Assembly: GCA_964458565.1 (NCBI GenBank)
Contig: CAYWJO010000006.1
Span: 52,892-116,891 of the forward strand
From: an uncultured archaeon
Lineage (GTDB): Archaea > Asgardarchaeota > Thorarchaeia > Thorarchaeales > Thorarchaeaceae
Length of the DNA stretch: 64,000 nucleotides
Reading direction: 5' to 3'
The notes beneath the pieces are model-generated. The model did not search any database, was not told where the DNA came from, and saw nothing but the letters and a program-made list of their open reading frames with translations. The translations under genes and the position numbers were made by a program. This document shows, piece by piece, positions 10,261 through 21,214 of this stretch. Positions within the stretch are counted from its first letter, which is position 1. Every line of letters starts with the position of its first letter.

Positions 10261-10644
10261 ATGAAGAGAGTCTTAGGAATTGGTGGTGTATTCTTCAAAG
10301 TTAAGGATCCAAAGAAGCTTCAAAAATGGTATGAGGACCATCTGGGAATTGAACCGGATTCTGAGGGTTATATCACATTTCAATGGAAAGAGTTGGAGAA
10401 GAAGACTGGAAAGGCGTATACTCTCTTGGGATGATTCCCGCCAGACACCGAATATTTTCAACCAAGCGAAGTCCCATTCATGATAAATTTCCTTGTAAGG
10501 GACTTAGACGGACTGTTGGAGAACTTACGTGAGAAAGGAGTTCAAATTGAAGATAAGATAGAGGAACATGAAGAGGGCCGCTTTGCATGGTTTATAGATC
10601 CCGAGGGTAACAAAGTAGAGCTCTGGGAGCCACCTGAAGGGTAG
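10261..10644 (+). pseudogene. VOC/glyoxalase family protein interrupted by one in-frame TGA (10432-10434)
   Basis: MKRVLGIGGVFFK...AYTLLG*FPPDTEYFQPSEVPFMINFLVRDLDGLL...GRFAWFIDPEGNKVELWEP. Both halves match the VOC family in the same frame. Confidence 0.85.
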
Positions 10645-10848
10645 CTCATACAACAACGGTTGCTGAACTACTAGCAATGTAATCAAAGTAAACTGACAAA
10701 GTGTATTGATTCTTCTTTACACTCTTATCACAACTGAATCCAAAACGTGAGCGAATAGTACTCTTTTGTACATCGCAGCAGAAGAAATGCTCTATAGTAT
10801 CGTATAAATACAAGGAAAGTTAACTATAGTGATGAAGGAGACAGTCTA

Positions 10849-11847
10849 TTGAAGTATAGAAAAGTTGGCAAAAGTGGATTAAAGATAAGCGAAATATCTC
10901 TTGGTTCTTGGCTTACGTATGGTGGTAGTGTTGATGACACCACTGCGAAAGAGTGTATGAATACAGCAATTGAGAATGGAATCAATTTTATCGACTCTGC
11001 GGAGATTTATGCGAGAGGAAGAACTGAAGAGGTAATTGGTGAATGGCTCAAAGGCGAATCCATAGATCGAAAGAATCTGGTTCTCTCTAGTAAGGTCTTC
11101 TGGCCAACAAGTGATGCAATCACGGACTGGGGAAATAGCAGAAAAAACATCATGAATGCTATAGAAGGGTCTCTTGAACGTCTAGGAACAGACCATCTAG
11201 ACATTTACTATCTTCATAGATATGATTACACAACTCCTTTGAGAGAAACCGTTGAAACAATGACTGATCTTGTTCGATTGGGAAAGGTCCGTTACTGGGG
11301 CACCTCTACATGGACTGCAGCTCAGCTTGAACGTGCAAATGCGATAGCAAAGGAACATGGGTTCATCCAGCCTGTTGTTGAACAACCCATGTATAACATG
11401 CTCTTCAGGTACATCGAGTTAGAAATAATGCCTGTTGCTAGAACTCACGGTATGGGCTTTACAGTATGGAGCCCACTTTATCAGGGACTTCTTACAGGAA
11501 AATACAATGATGGAATTCCAGAGGGAAGTAGGGGAAGTCGTGATGTTGGTTTCTTGAAATACCTGACTGATGAATGGAAGATAAAACTCAACAAACTAGC
11601 AGAAATCGCCTCATCTCTTGATACCAATATGACACAGCTTGCACTTGCATGGATATTGAGAAGACCTGAGATTTCAGCTGCATTAGTAGGTGCTACAAAA
11701 CCGCTCCATGTAGAAGAGAATGTGAAAGCATCTGATGTTAATCTGACATCGACCACCATTGAAGAGATTGAACAGATTCTAGATAACAAACCAGAGTGGC
11801 CTAGAACCTATGCGCCAAATTATTTTCATGAGGATTTGATGAGATAG
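10849..11847 (+). CDS. Aldo/keto reductase (Kv-beta/Tas-like subfamily)
   Basis: SEISLGSWLTYG, GINFIDSAEIY, SLERLGTDHLDIYYLHR and WSPLYQGLLTGKY; TTG start after GGAG. Confidence 0.93.
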   Translation: MKYRKVGKSGLKISEISLGSWLTYGGSVDDTTAKECMNTAIENGINFIDSAEIYARGRTEEVIGEWLKGESIDRKNLVLSSKVFWPTSDAITDWGNSRKNIMNAIEGSLERLGTDHLDIYYLHRYDYTTPLRETVETMTDLVRLGKVRYWGTSTWTAAQLERANAIAKEHGFIQPVVEQPMYNMLFRYIELEIMPVARTHGMGFTVWSPLYQGLLTGKYNDGIPEGSRGSRDVGFLKYLTDEWKIKLNKLAEIASSLDTNMTQLALAWILRRPEISAALVGATKPLHVEENVKASDVNLTSTTIEEIEQILDNKPEWPRTYAPNYFHEDLMR

Positions 11848-12187
11848 GTCACTTTCAACGCTCAAATGTGGAGAATTGTTGGATTCTTCAACGTATGTTT
11901 ATAATTATCCGAATCACTATCATGGAGATATTCGACGTTCATATAGTAACCCTACAGAGTTCTTGTTCCCATGTAACAACCCATTCTTTTTTTGTCTTGT
12001 TTTGCGATTTTTCGATTTTAAACCAACCAATTCAGCTTTTTATTTAATTAGTATTATAGAAAGAGAAATTCCAATCTATAAGTCATAGATAGTATAATAT
12101 TACTTAATTCGAATTCGTTGATGAATATTCGAAGCTCTGACACCATTTGAATTACAGATTGAGCGGTTGCACCTCGAGGTAATAGAC

Positions 12188-15100
12188 ATGAAATATACAA
12201 AATACATAGTAGTAGCATTACTGTGTCTGTCATTGATTGGCCCACTTCTACCGTCAAAAACCAGTGACAATAAGCTTCCAGTTAGGCGGCCGGAGATCAA
12301 TTCTATTACAGAGGGTGAGCTTGGAACTAAGGAGGTTGAATTTGCTCTTAGTGATGATACTTCATCGGGTGTTCTTAATCCGATCAGTGTTGTCCATACT
12401 GGATACTCAAAAACCAGTAATATGACAGGTTCAACGGAAAATGCGTTCGCTCAAAGAACTAATCTCACGTTAGACACTGCAAATGGGTGGGTAGCAAGTA
12501 AAGCTGAATTAGAAGTCTATAATGTGCATAAAATCTATGCATATAACGGATCATTTGATTCAGGATATTATCCATGGCAAAATTCTACATATGATGCTAG
12601 TGGTGGATCGCAAACACAAATTGCAAACTACGATACGGATGGAGGATATGTAACTGCTATCAATTATGGAGAATTGAAAACACATCCGATTGCAGGAGAT
12701 TCATACATACACCATACAGGATCAGAGATTGTATGGTCACAGGTAGTAACCAATTCACCACTTTCGGATAGTTTTCTCCTAAGTTTTGATTTCAGGTATG
12801 TGTCAGGTCCTCTTGATTTTTACCCCTACGACTTTAGTGGAGATGTCCTGCTAGAGATATATGTCAACAATGGATTAGAGGGTCAAATATTTCTTGGCTC
12901 AGGGGATATTGCTGCGCGAAACACATGGTATGGAGTCAATGATTACCAGATAGACATTCCTGGTGCACCAGCAAGTTTCAAACTTGAGATTGGTTTATAC
13001 ATTGTCACTCAAGACATTGAACTTCAAGAAAGTGGTGATTATGATGATGATGGGTATCCTGATGGTTTAATAAATGCACAGAAAATTGAATTGAATCTTG
13101 ATAACATCGAATTTGTGAGCACATTACCGGTGGATTGCCCTACTGTTGAGATGAAGTTCCATATTGGAGAACTAAATGATTCAATAATTGATGTCGGAGA
13201 ACCTGGAACATCTACAATTACAAATCCGGATTACTGGTCAACAGACCCTCTTGAGATAATGGTGACTGCAAATAACACTGTATCTTTCGATTATAATGTG
13301 AGATTGACTCTTCATAAAATCACTACTTCGTCCTGGACTGCGGATCCCAATAAACATGGAGTGACGTATTCTGTTTCTTCAGGGCTTCCTATAGGAATTT
13401 CATTCTATACTTACATTAGTGCTCCTGATTATGAAAATACATCTGTCAGAATATTGCATCCATGGGATTGGGAAAATGGAACAGTTCTAGATCCACTCCT
13501 AAATGACCTAACAAGCCAATGTACAATAACATCTGAATATATAGAGATACCAAATTCACTCATGGACCGATTAGGGTGGTGGCAAATCAGTCTTGATGCC
13601 CACAACTATGCAAAGAACATGAATACTCAGATCTATGATACGAGTATTTGGACAGATAATTCCATATATAGAAGTAATAACATTTCACGTCTGCAATTTG
13701 AACTTGGCACATCGCTGTCTACTCCAGTTTCAGATGGAAGTCAGTTGAACTTGACTTGGATTCTTCCAAATTCTACAATTTGGGCACAGGAGAGTATTAC
13801 AAGTTGGACAAGTGGAGTCGGATACTCCTCTCAATACACCCTAGGAGCACTGAATACAAGTGCGGGACAATGGAGTATTGAGCTGATTTGGACCAATGGC
13901 ACTGAACTCGCATTTGATGTCATTATATTTGATGTATATCACGCAACAGCACTTTCACCGGTACAGATGGTTGTTGAAACCGACGTAGGATTGACCATAA
14001 CCAATCTTCTATACTATATTGATTCTGATAATGGGGAATACCTGATGGATGATGTTGCAACGATTGAGAGCAACTGGTCATCCACAATTGTATCATTTGC
14101 ACCTAATTTAATTCGGAACTGGTGGGAAGCAGACTTTGATACCAATGTCATAGGGGGCGGTGAATTTACCGTTGTAGTAAATGCGAGTAGAACATACTAC
14201 GATTTCGCAACATGTTCATTCACAGTCTTGGCCACGTATTCAACAACTCTTGACGTATACAACACTACTGCAATAACTCCTTTCAATACACCACATATCC
14301 TCAAATTCAACTATAGATATGCTAACGGAACAGGCGTTGAAAATGCCCAAGCAACACTGGAGTATTCGGGACCCACAGGAGGATTATCGTGGGAATCTCT
14401 AATAGAAACATCTCCAGGCGAATATGAAATCGCAATCACCGGGTCCCAAGCCGGCACATATTCAATTTTCATTAATGGAACCAAACTCTACCATCAATAT
14501 GCAACAGATTCCATGACGCTCACTGTACAAGAGGTGGCCACCTCTTTTGTTGTACTCAATGGAACTACAGGTATCATTAGCGCAGGTTCTACATACAGAG
14601 TGGTAGTCACATATACTAACAGTACGGGTCATGGACTACAGAATGCCACTGTTGTTGTTGAGAGTACATTACCAAGTACAGGAATCACAGTAGGATTGAT
14701 TGAAGAGCTTGGAAACGGGCAGTATTCGATTATGCTTTCTCCTGCAGATGTAGCAATCTATAATATTGTATTCAAAGCCAATCTTACGAACCATGTGACA
14801 GCATTTGCGGCCTTTGCACTCACAGCGACACAGGTACCAACAACGCTCACTCTTGCTGTAAGCACCGTCACAGTTGGCGTTACTGAGTCATTTACACTTG
14901 TTATGCAGTTAGACGATGAGAGTTTAGTGGGTGTTGAAGATGCAACAATTTTCATCATCGACCCACCCGCAGGACTCTTCTTTAATCCACAAGCTGACCA
15001 TGGCAGTGGAAATTATTCTATCCAGATTGATGCGCTACAATTTGGTACCTATCTGATTACTGTATCAGCATCAACACCTAATTATCAGGACTCGATAGAT

Positions 15101-18100
15101 TCATTCACATTGATTGTTGAAGAGATTTCAACAAATCTCATTCTCGTCAATGGGTCTGCTGATTTTGCGGAATATAACGAGCTTTACACATTTGTAATAA
15201 GATACACAAATGTCGGGGGTACTGGATTACTTGGTGCAGACATTCAAATCGTAAGTGTTACACCTGATGCCGGTCTGTTATATGGATTGTTTCAAACTGA
15301 GATGGATGGATATTATAGTATTCAATTGCAGCCAATACAGTCAACAGTGTTCTCAATACTGCTTAGAGCCAATCTCACGAATCATCAAGTGCAGTACAGC
15401 ACATTCACTCTAACAGTAAGAGAGATTGCTACGAGAATCAGTTTAAACGTTACAAGTACAACGATTTCAGTTGCAGATAGTCTTTCAGTAGAAGTAAAAT
15501 TCACTGATACAGGCGGCGATGGTATATCAGGTGCAAATATAACGATCCTAAATCCTCCTGCCGGCCTTTCTTTTGCCAATCATTTTGACCATCTTAATGG
15601 GAATTATACATTCAATGTGATTCCATTTCTTTTCGGATCATATTTAGTAACAGTTTCTGCATCATTACCCAATCATCAGAGTGGTTTTACTTCATTCTCC
15701 ATTGTTGTAGATGAAATTGGAACTCAACTACTCCGTATCAATGGAACTTCAGATCTTGTTCGGATTGGAGAAGAATATCGATTAGTTTTGAGATATCTCG
15801 ATTCTAAAGGCAGTGAATTAATGTTTGCAACATTGATAGTTGCTGATCTCAATCCCACCATTGGTCTCTCCTATGGGAATGCATCATATGAGGGAGATGG
15901 CTATTACTCAATATTGTTAACGCCCACTCTAGCAAAAACCTTTACCCTAGTGTTCAGAGCCAACCTTACTAACTATGTCACACAATTCACTACATTCTCT
16001 CTAACGGTTAGCGAGATCCCTACAGTATTAACAATCGATAGGTCTGAAAAAACGGTTTCAGTTGATCAGAAATACTCATCTATTCTCCATCTGGAAGATG
16101 ACATGGATAATCCACTTGATGGAGCAACAATCTTTGTTCTAAATCCCCCAAGTGAGATTTTATTCAACATTACACCTCTACCTGATGGTAACTACAATAT
16201 CACAATGACGTTTTCACAGATTGGGATCTACCAAATTGCATTCAGGGCGACGCTATCAAACTATCAGAATTCTACAGTTGGCCTTTCTTTAACAATTCGT
16301 ACAATCCCAACTCAGCTAGTGAAAATCATTGGACCTGAGTCTAATTCAATACAGTTCTTGGAAGACTACACCATTGGACTTGTATATGTTCGAACGGATA
16401 CTAACCAAAACGTAAGTTTAGCTACAATGCAAGTATCAATTGCACCAGTATCCGGACTTAACAACATCACCTATACATGGGGTGATATCTACTATATTCG
16501 CCTCTCAGCAGAAAATATAGGAAGATGGAACATTTACATCAGTGTCAACAAGACGGACTATATTTCTGCTTATCTTCAATTCGAACTTCAAGTAAATCCG
16601 ATAGATACAACAGTGAATGAATTTTCACTTCTAGAACCATTAGAACATGGAAAATCGTATGAGTTAATCTTCAATTATCAGATGAGTAATGGAAGTGGCA
16701 TTTCCGGAGCGAACGTGATTCCCTCTGGTTCAGGTGCCTCATGGGTACATATCAGTGAACTATCTGGTGGATTATATGTAGCGATACTTAATTTTGATGA
16801 GATTGGAGAGTATGAGGTAACACTATCCTTTACGAGGTTAGGTTTTGACGATGCCGTATCTGAACTAGTACTAGAGATAGTATATATTGAAACATCCATC
16901 AATGAAGTTTCGATTACGGGCTCGATTATTTTTGGCAGACCGCGAAATCTTACATTCAGTTATTTGATAGCAGACAATCAAAGTAAGATATCAGGAGCTG
17001 AAGTCAGTGCTTCTGGTCCAGGTGCTGCCTGGGTTAGCGTCCACGAAACCGTTGATGGACGTTATGATATCATTCTTACTCCTGAAGGACTCGGAGAATA
17101 TGAGATTACTATGACATTCGCAAAGGTGGGATTTTTACCAAAGACCTCGACATTTACATTTTCCGTTATTCCAGTCACCGTACAGATAGTGGATCTTGAA
17201 GGATTGACAGCATTAGAAGGACAAGAAACTGTTCTGAGTCTAAGACTTGTAGAAGTAGATACAGGAAACCCTGTAGGCGGTGCAATAGTACAATATCAAT
17301 TCAGAAGTGCTACAGCCATTGGAGGATTAAATGCATTTGAAGAGGCTCAGTTAGGAGTATATAGTGCTACTGTGATAATGCCAGATGCGGATTCAGGAAC
17401 ATCTCTCAGGATTTATGTCAACCTAGAGAATTATACTTTGGATGTGGATTATTATGAAGCTCTTATTACTCCAAGTGTTGATGGGATGTCCTTTATTGTA
17501 AGGACATTCAATCGATATCTATTCATATGGTTTGGTGTTGGAGCACTTGTCGTTGTAGGAGCTGGAAGAAGAGTACAATCAAAGAAGAGAAGAGAGGAAA
17601 ATATACGCGCACAGCAAATTAAGCGAAGATTTGATGACATACGAAGCATTTTAGGCGTCATTATCATCCATAAAAATTCTGGAATTCCACTCTACTCTCA
17701 GATTGTAAAAGGAGGAATTGATGAGATTCTTATCTCAGGATTCATAGCTGCAATAACTCAATTCCGATCTGAGTTCGATGTGGACCAAAAGAATTTCGCT
17801 GTTACTCCAATATCTGATATTATTAGAGTAGTTGCTACAGAGAATCTGATATGTGCTTTCATCACACTGACTCCCCCATCTGACACTCTTGAACAGAAGA
17901 TGATTCAATATGCGCAGACTATTGGTTTTGTATTCGACCATCAATTCACTGAAGCTCCGATTTCAGTTCTCGACGATAGTACTCAGACTCAGCTCGATAT
18001 ACTATTCGATGATATCCTTGATGGCGCTTTAATTCAGAAGTATAAGCTTGTTGAACCCAAAGGACTTCCAAGGGGTTCAAAGTGTCTTGAAGCAGAAATA

Positions 18101-18298
18101 GCTGCTATAAGACAGAAAGAGGAGTTCGTGCTTGAAGACCTTGCTGCTAGAATGACTTCTTGTGGTCTAGAAGAAGCTTTTGTCTACAAGGCAATATGGG
18201 AAGCCATAGAGAAGAATCAAATCCAATTAATAGAATTGGACCATTACAAAGACATAGAACCGATATCCTTTGTCACAGAGGATGACTATTCGCCATAA
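12188..18298 (+). CDS. Giant single-pass membrane protein: signal peptide, about 12 Ig-like repeats, TM helix, cytoplasmic longin/roadblock-like domain
   Basis: Signal MKYTKYIVVALL; DYDDDGYPDG Ca-binding-like motif; repeats of about 95 aa (G..GA.I...GxGxYSI.L...G.Y.I...A...NY); TM YLFIWFGVGALVVVGAG; basic juxtamembrane; then ILGVIIIHKNSGIPLYS...LISGFIAAITQF. Confidence 0.85.
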   Translation: MKYTKYIVVALLCLSLIGPLLPSKTSDNKLPVRRPEINSITEGELGTKEVEFALSDDTSSGVLNPISVVHTGYSKTSNMTGSTENAFAQRTNLTLDTANGWVASKAELEVYNVHKIYAYNGSFDSGYYPWQNSTYDASGGSQTQIANYDTDGGYVTAINYGELKTHPIAGDSYIHHTGSEIVWSQVVTNSPLSDSFLLSFDFRYVSGPLDFYPYDFSGDVLLEIYVNNGLEGQIFLGSGDIAARNTWYGVNDYQIDIPGAPASFKLEIGLYIVTQDIELQESGDYDDDGYPDGLINAQKIELNLDNIEFVSTLPVDCPTVEMKFHIGELNDSIIDVGEPGTSTITNPDYWSTDPLEIMVTANNTVSFDYNVRLTLHKITTSSWTADPNKHGVTYSVSSGLPIGISFYTYISAPDYENTSVRILHPWDWENGTVLDPLLNDLTSQCTITSEYIEIPNSLMDRLGWWQISLDAHNYAKNMNTQIYDTSIWTDNSIYRSNNISRLQFELGTSLSTPVSDGSQLNLTWILPNSTIWAQESITSWTSGVGYSSQYTLGALNTSAGQWSIELIWTNGTELAFDVIIFDVYHATALSPVQMVVETDVGLTITNLLYYIDSDNGEYLMDDVATIESNWSSTIVSFAPNLIRNWWEADFDTNVIGGGEFTVVVNASRTYYDFATCSFTVLATYSTTLDVYNTTAITPFNTPHILKFNYRYANGTGVENAQATLEYSGPTGGLSWESLIETSPGEYEIAITGSQAGTYSIFINGTKLYHQYATDSMTLTVQEVATSFVVLNGTTGIISAGSTYRVVVTYTNSTGHGLQNATVVVESTLPSTGITVGLIEELGNGQYSIMLSPADVAIYNIVFKANLTNHVTAFAAFALTATQVPTTLTLAVSTVTVGVTESFTLVMQLDDESLVGVEDATIFIIDPPAGLFFNPQADHGSGNYSIQIDALQFGTYLITVSASTPNYQDSIDSFTLIVEEISTNLILVNGSADFAEYNELYTFVIRYTNVGGTGLLGADIQIVSVTPDAGLLYGLFQTEMDGYYSIQLQPIQSTVFSILLRANLTNHQVQYSTFTLTVREIATRISLNVTSTTISVADSLSVEVKFTDTGGDGISGANITILNPPAGLSFANHFDHLNGNYTFNVIPFLFGSYLVTVSASLPNHQSGFTSFSIVVDEIGTQLLRINGTSDLVRIGEEYRLVLRYLDSKGSELMFATLIVADLNPTIGLSYGNASYEGDGYYSILLTPTLAKTFTLVFRANLTNYVTQFTTFSLTVSEIPTVLTIDRSEKTVSVDQKYSSILHLEDDMDNPLDGATIFVLNPPSEILFNITPLPDGNYNITMTFSQIGIYQIAFRATLSNYQNSTVGLSLTIRTIPTQLVKIIGPESNSIQFLEDYTIGLVYVRTDTNQNVSLATMQVSIAPVSGLNNITYTWGDIYYIRLSAENIGRWNIYISVNKTDYISAYLQFELQVNPIDTTVNEFSLLEPLEHGKSYELIFNYQMSNGSGISGANVIPSGSGASWVHISELSGGLYVAILNFDEIGEYEVTLSFTRLGFDDAVSELVLEIVYIETSINEVSITGSIIFGRPRNLTFSYLIADNQSKISGAEVSASGPGAAWVSVHETVDGRYDIILTPEGLGEYEITMTFAKVGFLPKTSTFTFSVIPVTVQIVDLEGLTALEGQETVLSLRLVEVDTGNPVGGAIVQYQFRSATAIGGLNAFEEAQLGVYSATVIMPDADSGTSLRIYVNLENYTLDVDYYEALITPSVDGMSFIVRTFNRYLFIWFGVGALVVVGAGRRVQSKKRREENIRAQQIKRRFDDIRSILGVIIIHKNSGIPLYSQIVKGGIDEILISGFIAAITQFRSEFDVDQKNFAVTPISDIIRVVATENLICAFITLTPPSDTLEQKMIQYAQTIGFVFDHQFTEAPISVLDDSTQTQLDILFDDILDGALIQKYKLVEPKGLPRGSKCLEAEIAAIRQKEEFVLEDLAARMTSCGLEEAFVYKAIWEAIEKNQIQLIELDHYKDIEPISFVTEDDYSP

Positions 18299-18310
18299 CC
18301 AAGAAGTAAA

Positions 18311-18805
18311 ATGGATAGAAATCTCATCGCCCGTATGCAACAACATTCAGCTCTGTCAACTTGGACATGGGTCTTCAAATATTGGATGGTGCTTTATCTG
18401 ATCCTCGTCTCGTCAGGAGTAATACTAGCATTGAACTCAATTTCCTCTGTTTACTGGATTTTATTTTTAGTGATTGTACCAATTGTGATCATTCCCACCA
18501 CATACCGGAACTTGGTTGGTGGTGGTTGCAGCCTAAGGTTTCAGATATGTGCGTTAGTGAAAGGGATTTCAGCCGGTATTGTATTTCTATTACTCACAGG
18601 GCTTGCAGACACTATAATCTGGAGTGTGATGAGTGGAAGTTTATCTTGGACTCCTCTTAGTGAACCTAGACTTTTAGCTAATATGTATCTACTACTACTC
18701 ATCTCAGGTATGATTGGAGGTTTTGGTGCTCGTATTATGGAAGTGCGGGGAGCAACGAGAACAGACATCGGGTCCTTAACTCCTATTTTTGGTGAAGATA
18801 TCTGA
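18311..18805 (+). CDS. Four-TM membrane protein, probably co-transcribed with the giant surface protein
   Basis: Starts 12 bp after the previous stop; four hydrophobic segments; GGGCSLRFQIC loop. Confidence 0.75.
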   Translation: MDRNLIARMQQHSALSTWTWVFKYWMVLYLILVSSGVILALNSISSVYWILFLVIVPIVIIPTTYRNLVGGGCSLRFQICALVKGISAGIVFLLLTGLADTIIWSVMSGSLSWTPLSEPRLLANMYLLLLISGMIGGFGARIMEVRGATRTDIGSLTPIFGEDI

Positions 18806-18889
18806 ACATCAAAATTGCTGAGAAAAGTTACCTAATATTCTGAATTTCACCAAGAAGTCGTTGTACTTTGAAAATGATGGTGAACTCCT

Positions 18890-20263
18890 TTGAAAAGGGA
18901 AACCCTGCTAATCATGATTCTATGTCTTGCGTTAATTCCGAATATAGATAATAATATCCATTTAATCGAAATTGACGAATCGGATAACGGATATTTAGGA
19001 TACGAGAGTCATAGTCCATTCTATATCCAGGGAAATGAGATGTTGTTAGATTATGCAGCAACAGAAGGATGGCCTGGAACAGGAACAAGTGATGCACCCA
19101 TAATAATTGAAGGATACAGCTTCCGAAATTATACACATGTATTCACAATGTCAGATACTGACCTGCATTTCATTTTTAGAAATAACATTCTAGATGGAAT
19201 TGATGATCGTTGGTGTGTCATTGTTTTCAGTAATGTTAGAAATGCCGTAGTCCACGATAATACAATAATCAATGGTGCTGTGGGGGCACACATCATGAAG
19301 ACCAATGACAGTGTTATTTCAAACAATCATATCTATGGTCAGAGTTGGGATGCCGTCTACATGGAAACGGGGTGCTATCGGAATATCATTGAGAATAACT
19401 ATTTTCATGATATGTATGAAGCAGGAGTCTGGTCGTGGAATTATTGTAGTGACAATATTATTCGAGGGAATACAATTCATGATGTTATATACGGTGTATC
19501 ATTCAGAGATAACACTCCAAGGAACTGCATTGTGAATAATACAATACATAATGCCACATTTAGTGGTGTGTATTCATCCTGTAATGATACGACAATCTCA
19601 GAGAATATAATCTTCAATATTAAGGGAGATGGAATTAACATCAAGAGTAGATTGAACATCATTGAGGACAATTTGGTTTACGATGTGGGGGGATTTGGTA
19701 TTCATCTCTTTGATACAAGCGGAGATAATCAGATTAACAGAAATACGATGATTAGAAACTCCAAAGGTGGAATTCGAATCAGATCTTCAGATAATAACAT
19801 TATTCAAAATAACAATCTCTTTGAAAACGGGATACCTCAAATCTATGATAGCGGTACAGAAAACATCTACCAAGAAAACTATTGGCACGAATTACAGGGA
19901 GAGGATGCTGAAAGCGACGGCTATTATGATTCAGCCTATATTATACCAGGAATAGCAGGAAGTATAGACATATTTCCCAGAACAGCACCAAATGAACCAG
20001 TGCCTGATTGGTATGATTACGAGAACATCAGTTTTCCAATCATAGATGAATCCACTTCAGTTACATCGATGAGTGAAACCTCAACAATAACAATCACGAC
20101 CTCAACCTCAACAACATCATCTATTCCGACAAGCACAGAAACAAGTGAGTCAACTGTTACTACAACAACAAAACCAAATCTCACCATTCCTCTAATTATC
20201 GTTACATTAGGTATAACTGTAATTATTGGGATGATTCTGATTATCAAGTTCAAGCGGGTTTGA
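18890..20263 (+). CDS. Right-handed parallel beta-helix (NosD/CASH-repeat) surface protein
   Basis: Signal peptide, GWPGxGT..PIII lead-in, repeated I.NN.I...GI motifs, Ser/Thr linker and C-terminal TM; TTG start after GGTGA. Confidence 0.88.
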   Translation: MKRETLLIMILCLALIPNIDNNIHLIEIDESDNGYLGYESHSPFYIQGNEMLLDYAATEGWPGTGTSDAPIIIEGYSFRNYTHVFTMSDTDLHFIFRNNILDGIDDRWCVIVFSNVRNAVVHDNTIINGAVGAHIMKTNDSVISNNHIYGQSWDAVYMETGCYRNIIENNYFHDMYEAGVWSWNYCSDNIIRGNTIHDVIYGVSFRDNTPRNCIVNNTIHNATFSGVYSSCNDTTISENIIFNIKGDGINIKSRLNIIEDNLVYDVGGFGIHLFDTSGDNQINRNTMIRNSKGGIRIRSSDNNIIQNNNLFENGIPQIYDSGTENIYQENYWHELQGEDAESDGYYDSAYIIPGIAGSIDIFPRTAPNEPVPDWYDYENISFPIIDESTSVTSMSETSTITITTSTSTTSSIPTSTETSESTVTTTTKPNLTIPLIIVTLGITVIIGMILIIKFKRV

Positions 20264-20330
20264 TTGATATAGATGAAAATAGCGGATGCTTGAGCCATCG
20301 TCTTATTATTTGAGAGGACACTTGAATGTG

Positions 20331-21110
20331 ATGATGCCAATGGGATGTCATGTCGATGTCAAGACAGGAGATGCATTATCAAGGGATGATCGTTTGGTCA
20401 TTGTTTCCCTTCTCCACATATTCAGAGGTGGTGTGTTCTTTGGGCTCGCACTAGCTATACTAGATGCAAGTGGTGTTTTTGTCCTGGCCGCACTGCTTGG
20501 ACTGTTTGTGGCTAGATGGTTCTGGAGTCTTTAAATAGAGGCATGGGGTCTTGCATTAGGATTCTCTCTTGTCCACCTACTACTTCCATTTAGCCTTGGC
20601 ATATCATTTATCGCTTTTATAGTAATTACGATTGCAAGCATCGTGGAGATATTATTATTGGGTATTATCAGACAGAGGGGGCATTTCAGCTATGTTGTAA
20701 TGGCACTCTTGGAACCAGACTATGTACCCAACGTGACAGCTATAGAAAGGACGATGTTCTACCTTACAATTATCGGGCAGATCATTAAAACACTCTTCGT
20801 ATTTCTGGGAATAGGTGTGATGATTTCAGTATTGCCACTTTTAGCTCCAGTGCCTTGGTTCAACTTCCTCCCTTGGATTCCACTTGCATTAGTTCTGGGG
20901 TTGTTTGATATTGCATGCATCATAGGTCTCTTTCAAGGTAGGGATTGGGCATTTCAGCTTACGGTAACCATGGCATGTGTTGGGTTTGCTGAAACATCTC
21001 TCGCGTGGTCACCTCTAGTAAGTCTAATTGCTATATGGATCATAACCCTTCTAATACCTTGCTGGGCAAAGAACGAGTTCTATAGACGAGTGAGAGAACG
21101 GACGGTATAA
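20331..21110 (+). pseudogene. Polytopic membrane protein split by one in-frame TAA (20532-20534)
   Basis: ORFs 20286..20534 and 20643..21110 share a frame. The gap reads IEAWGLALGFSLVHLLLPFSLGISFIAFIVITIASIV, which is hydrophobic and stop-free. Confidence 0.75.
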
Positions 21111-21214
21111 ATCAATCCACAGATAGTACTGCTCTTTCAAAATCGGGTGTCGTTGTGTTACTCATCAAATGCACCTTACGAAAACGTCATAGGGATAAAT
21201 AACGATAATTAATT

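Noticed and set aside
10645-10848. SECIS element for the UGA-containing VOC gene
   Set aside because: Only short weak hairpins; no recognisable AUGA/GA kink-turn core with apical AA.
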